Positions 24,515-24,626 of a stretch of DNA of 24,626 nt are shown here, piece after piece. The stretch comes from Myxococcales bacterium (GTDB lineage: Bacteria > Myxococcota > Myxococcia > Myxococcales > Anaeromyxobacteraceae), in contig JBBQEB010000045.1 in assembly GCA_038320275.1 (NCBI GenBank), forward strand, positions 1 to 24,626, written 5' to 3'. The notes under the pieces are model-generated. The model saw nothing but the letters and a program-made list of their open reading frames with translations. It was not told the DNA's origin and did no database searches. Each line of letters opens with the position of its first letter. The first letter of the stretch is position 1. A program made the position numbers and the translations under genes.

Positions 24515-24626
24515 CTACGGCGCGGCACCGGCACCGCCGTCCGCGGAGCTCGCCGGAGCGGGCGGCGGCATCGGCGCCGGTCTCACGCCGGGCTGCGGCG
24601 CGGTCGCGGGTTGCCCCTCGGCGCGC
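24515..24626 (-). CDS. 3' end of a gene entering from the right edge (Pro/Ala-rich C-terminus)
   Basis: An open frame RAEGQPATAPQPGVRPAPMPPPAPASSADGGAGAAP ends in TAG at 24515. Confidence 0.5.
   Translation of the reverse strand, partial: RAEGQPATAPQPGVRPAPMPPPAPASSADGGAGAAP

Noticed and set aside
1..24626. tRNA, rRNA, CRISPR, riboswitch or prophage genes
   Set aside because: None was recognised by eye. An Infernal/Rfam and tRNAscan-SE run would be needed to exclude small RNAs.

Overview
Very GC-rich bacterial DNA. Gene content and order suggest an Anaeromyxobacter-like myxobacterium (inference). The first ~6 kb is a cluster of four insertion sequences. (1) An ISL3 element runs off the left edge; its transposase needs a -1 shift at an A7 run, and its leader carries a duplicated promoter module and several hairpins. 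(2) An IS256 element has its transposase split by (3) a single-ORF IS66 element with an exact 8-bp target duplication. (4) An ISAs1 element has long non-coding flanks. Next come a GT-C-like membrane protein, a frameshifted PH-domain gene, an intact metallophosphoesterase paired with an internally deleted nucleotidyltransferase, dinB, a TetR regulator, thiO, a TPR-zincin protein and several hypothetical proteins. The right ~9 kb is a minus-strand run: two paralogous 8-Cys lipoproteins, a degenerate methyltransferase/coiled-coil protein, a VOC protein, GH57, an MFS transporter, a GalT-like enzyme and glgA. No RNA genes or CRISPR arrays were seen. The best leads are the ISL3 twin-promoter structured leader, the ISAs1 5'/3' complementary motif with a GATC-laden promoter, the nucleotidyltransferase-phosphoesterase pair, the glgA-GalT-like-GH57 glucan locus and the Cys-rich lipoprotein pair. 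All calls come from reading the sequence by eye; no searches were run.
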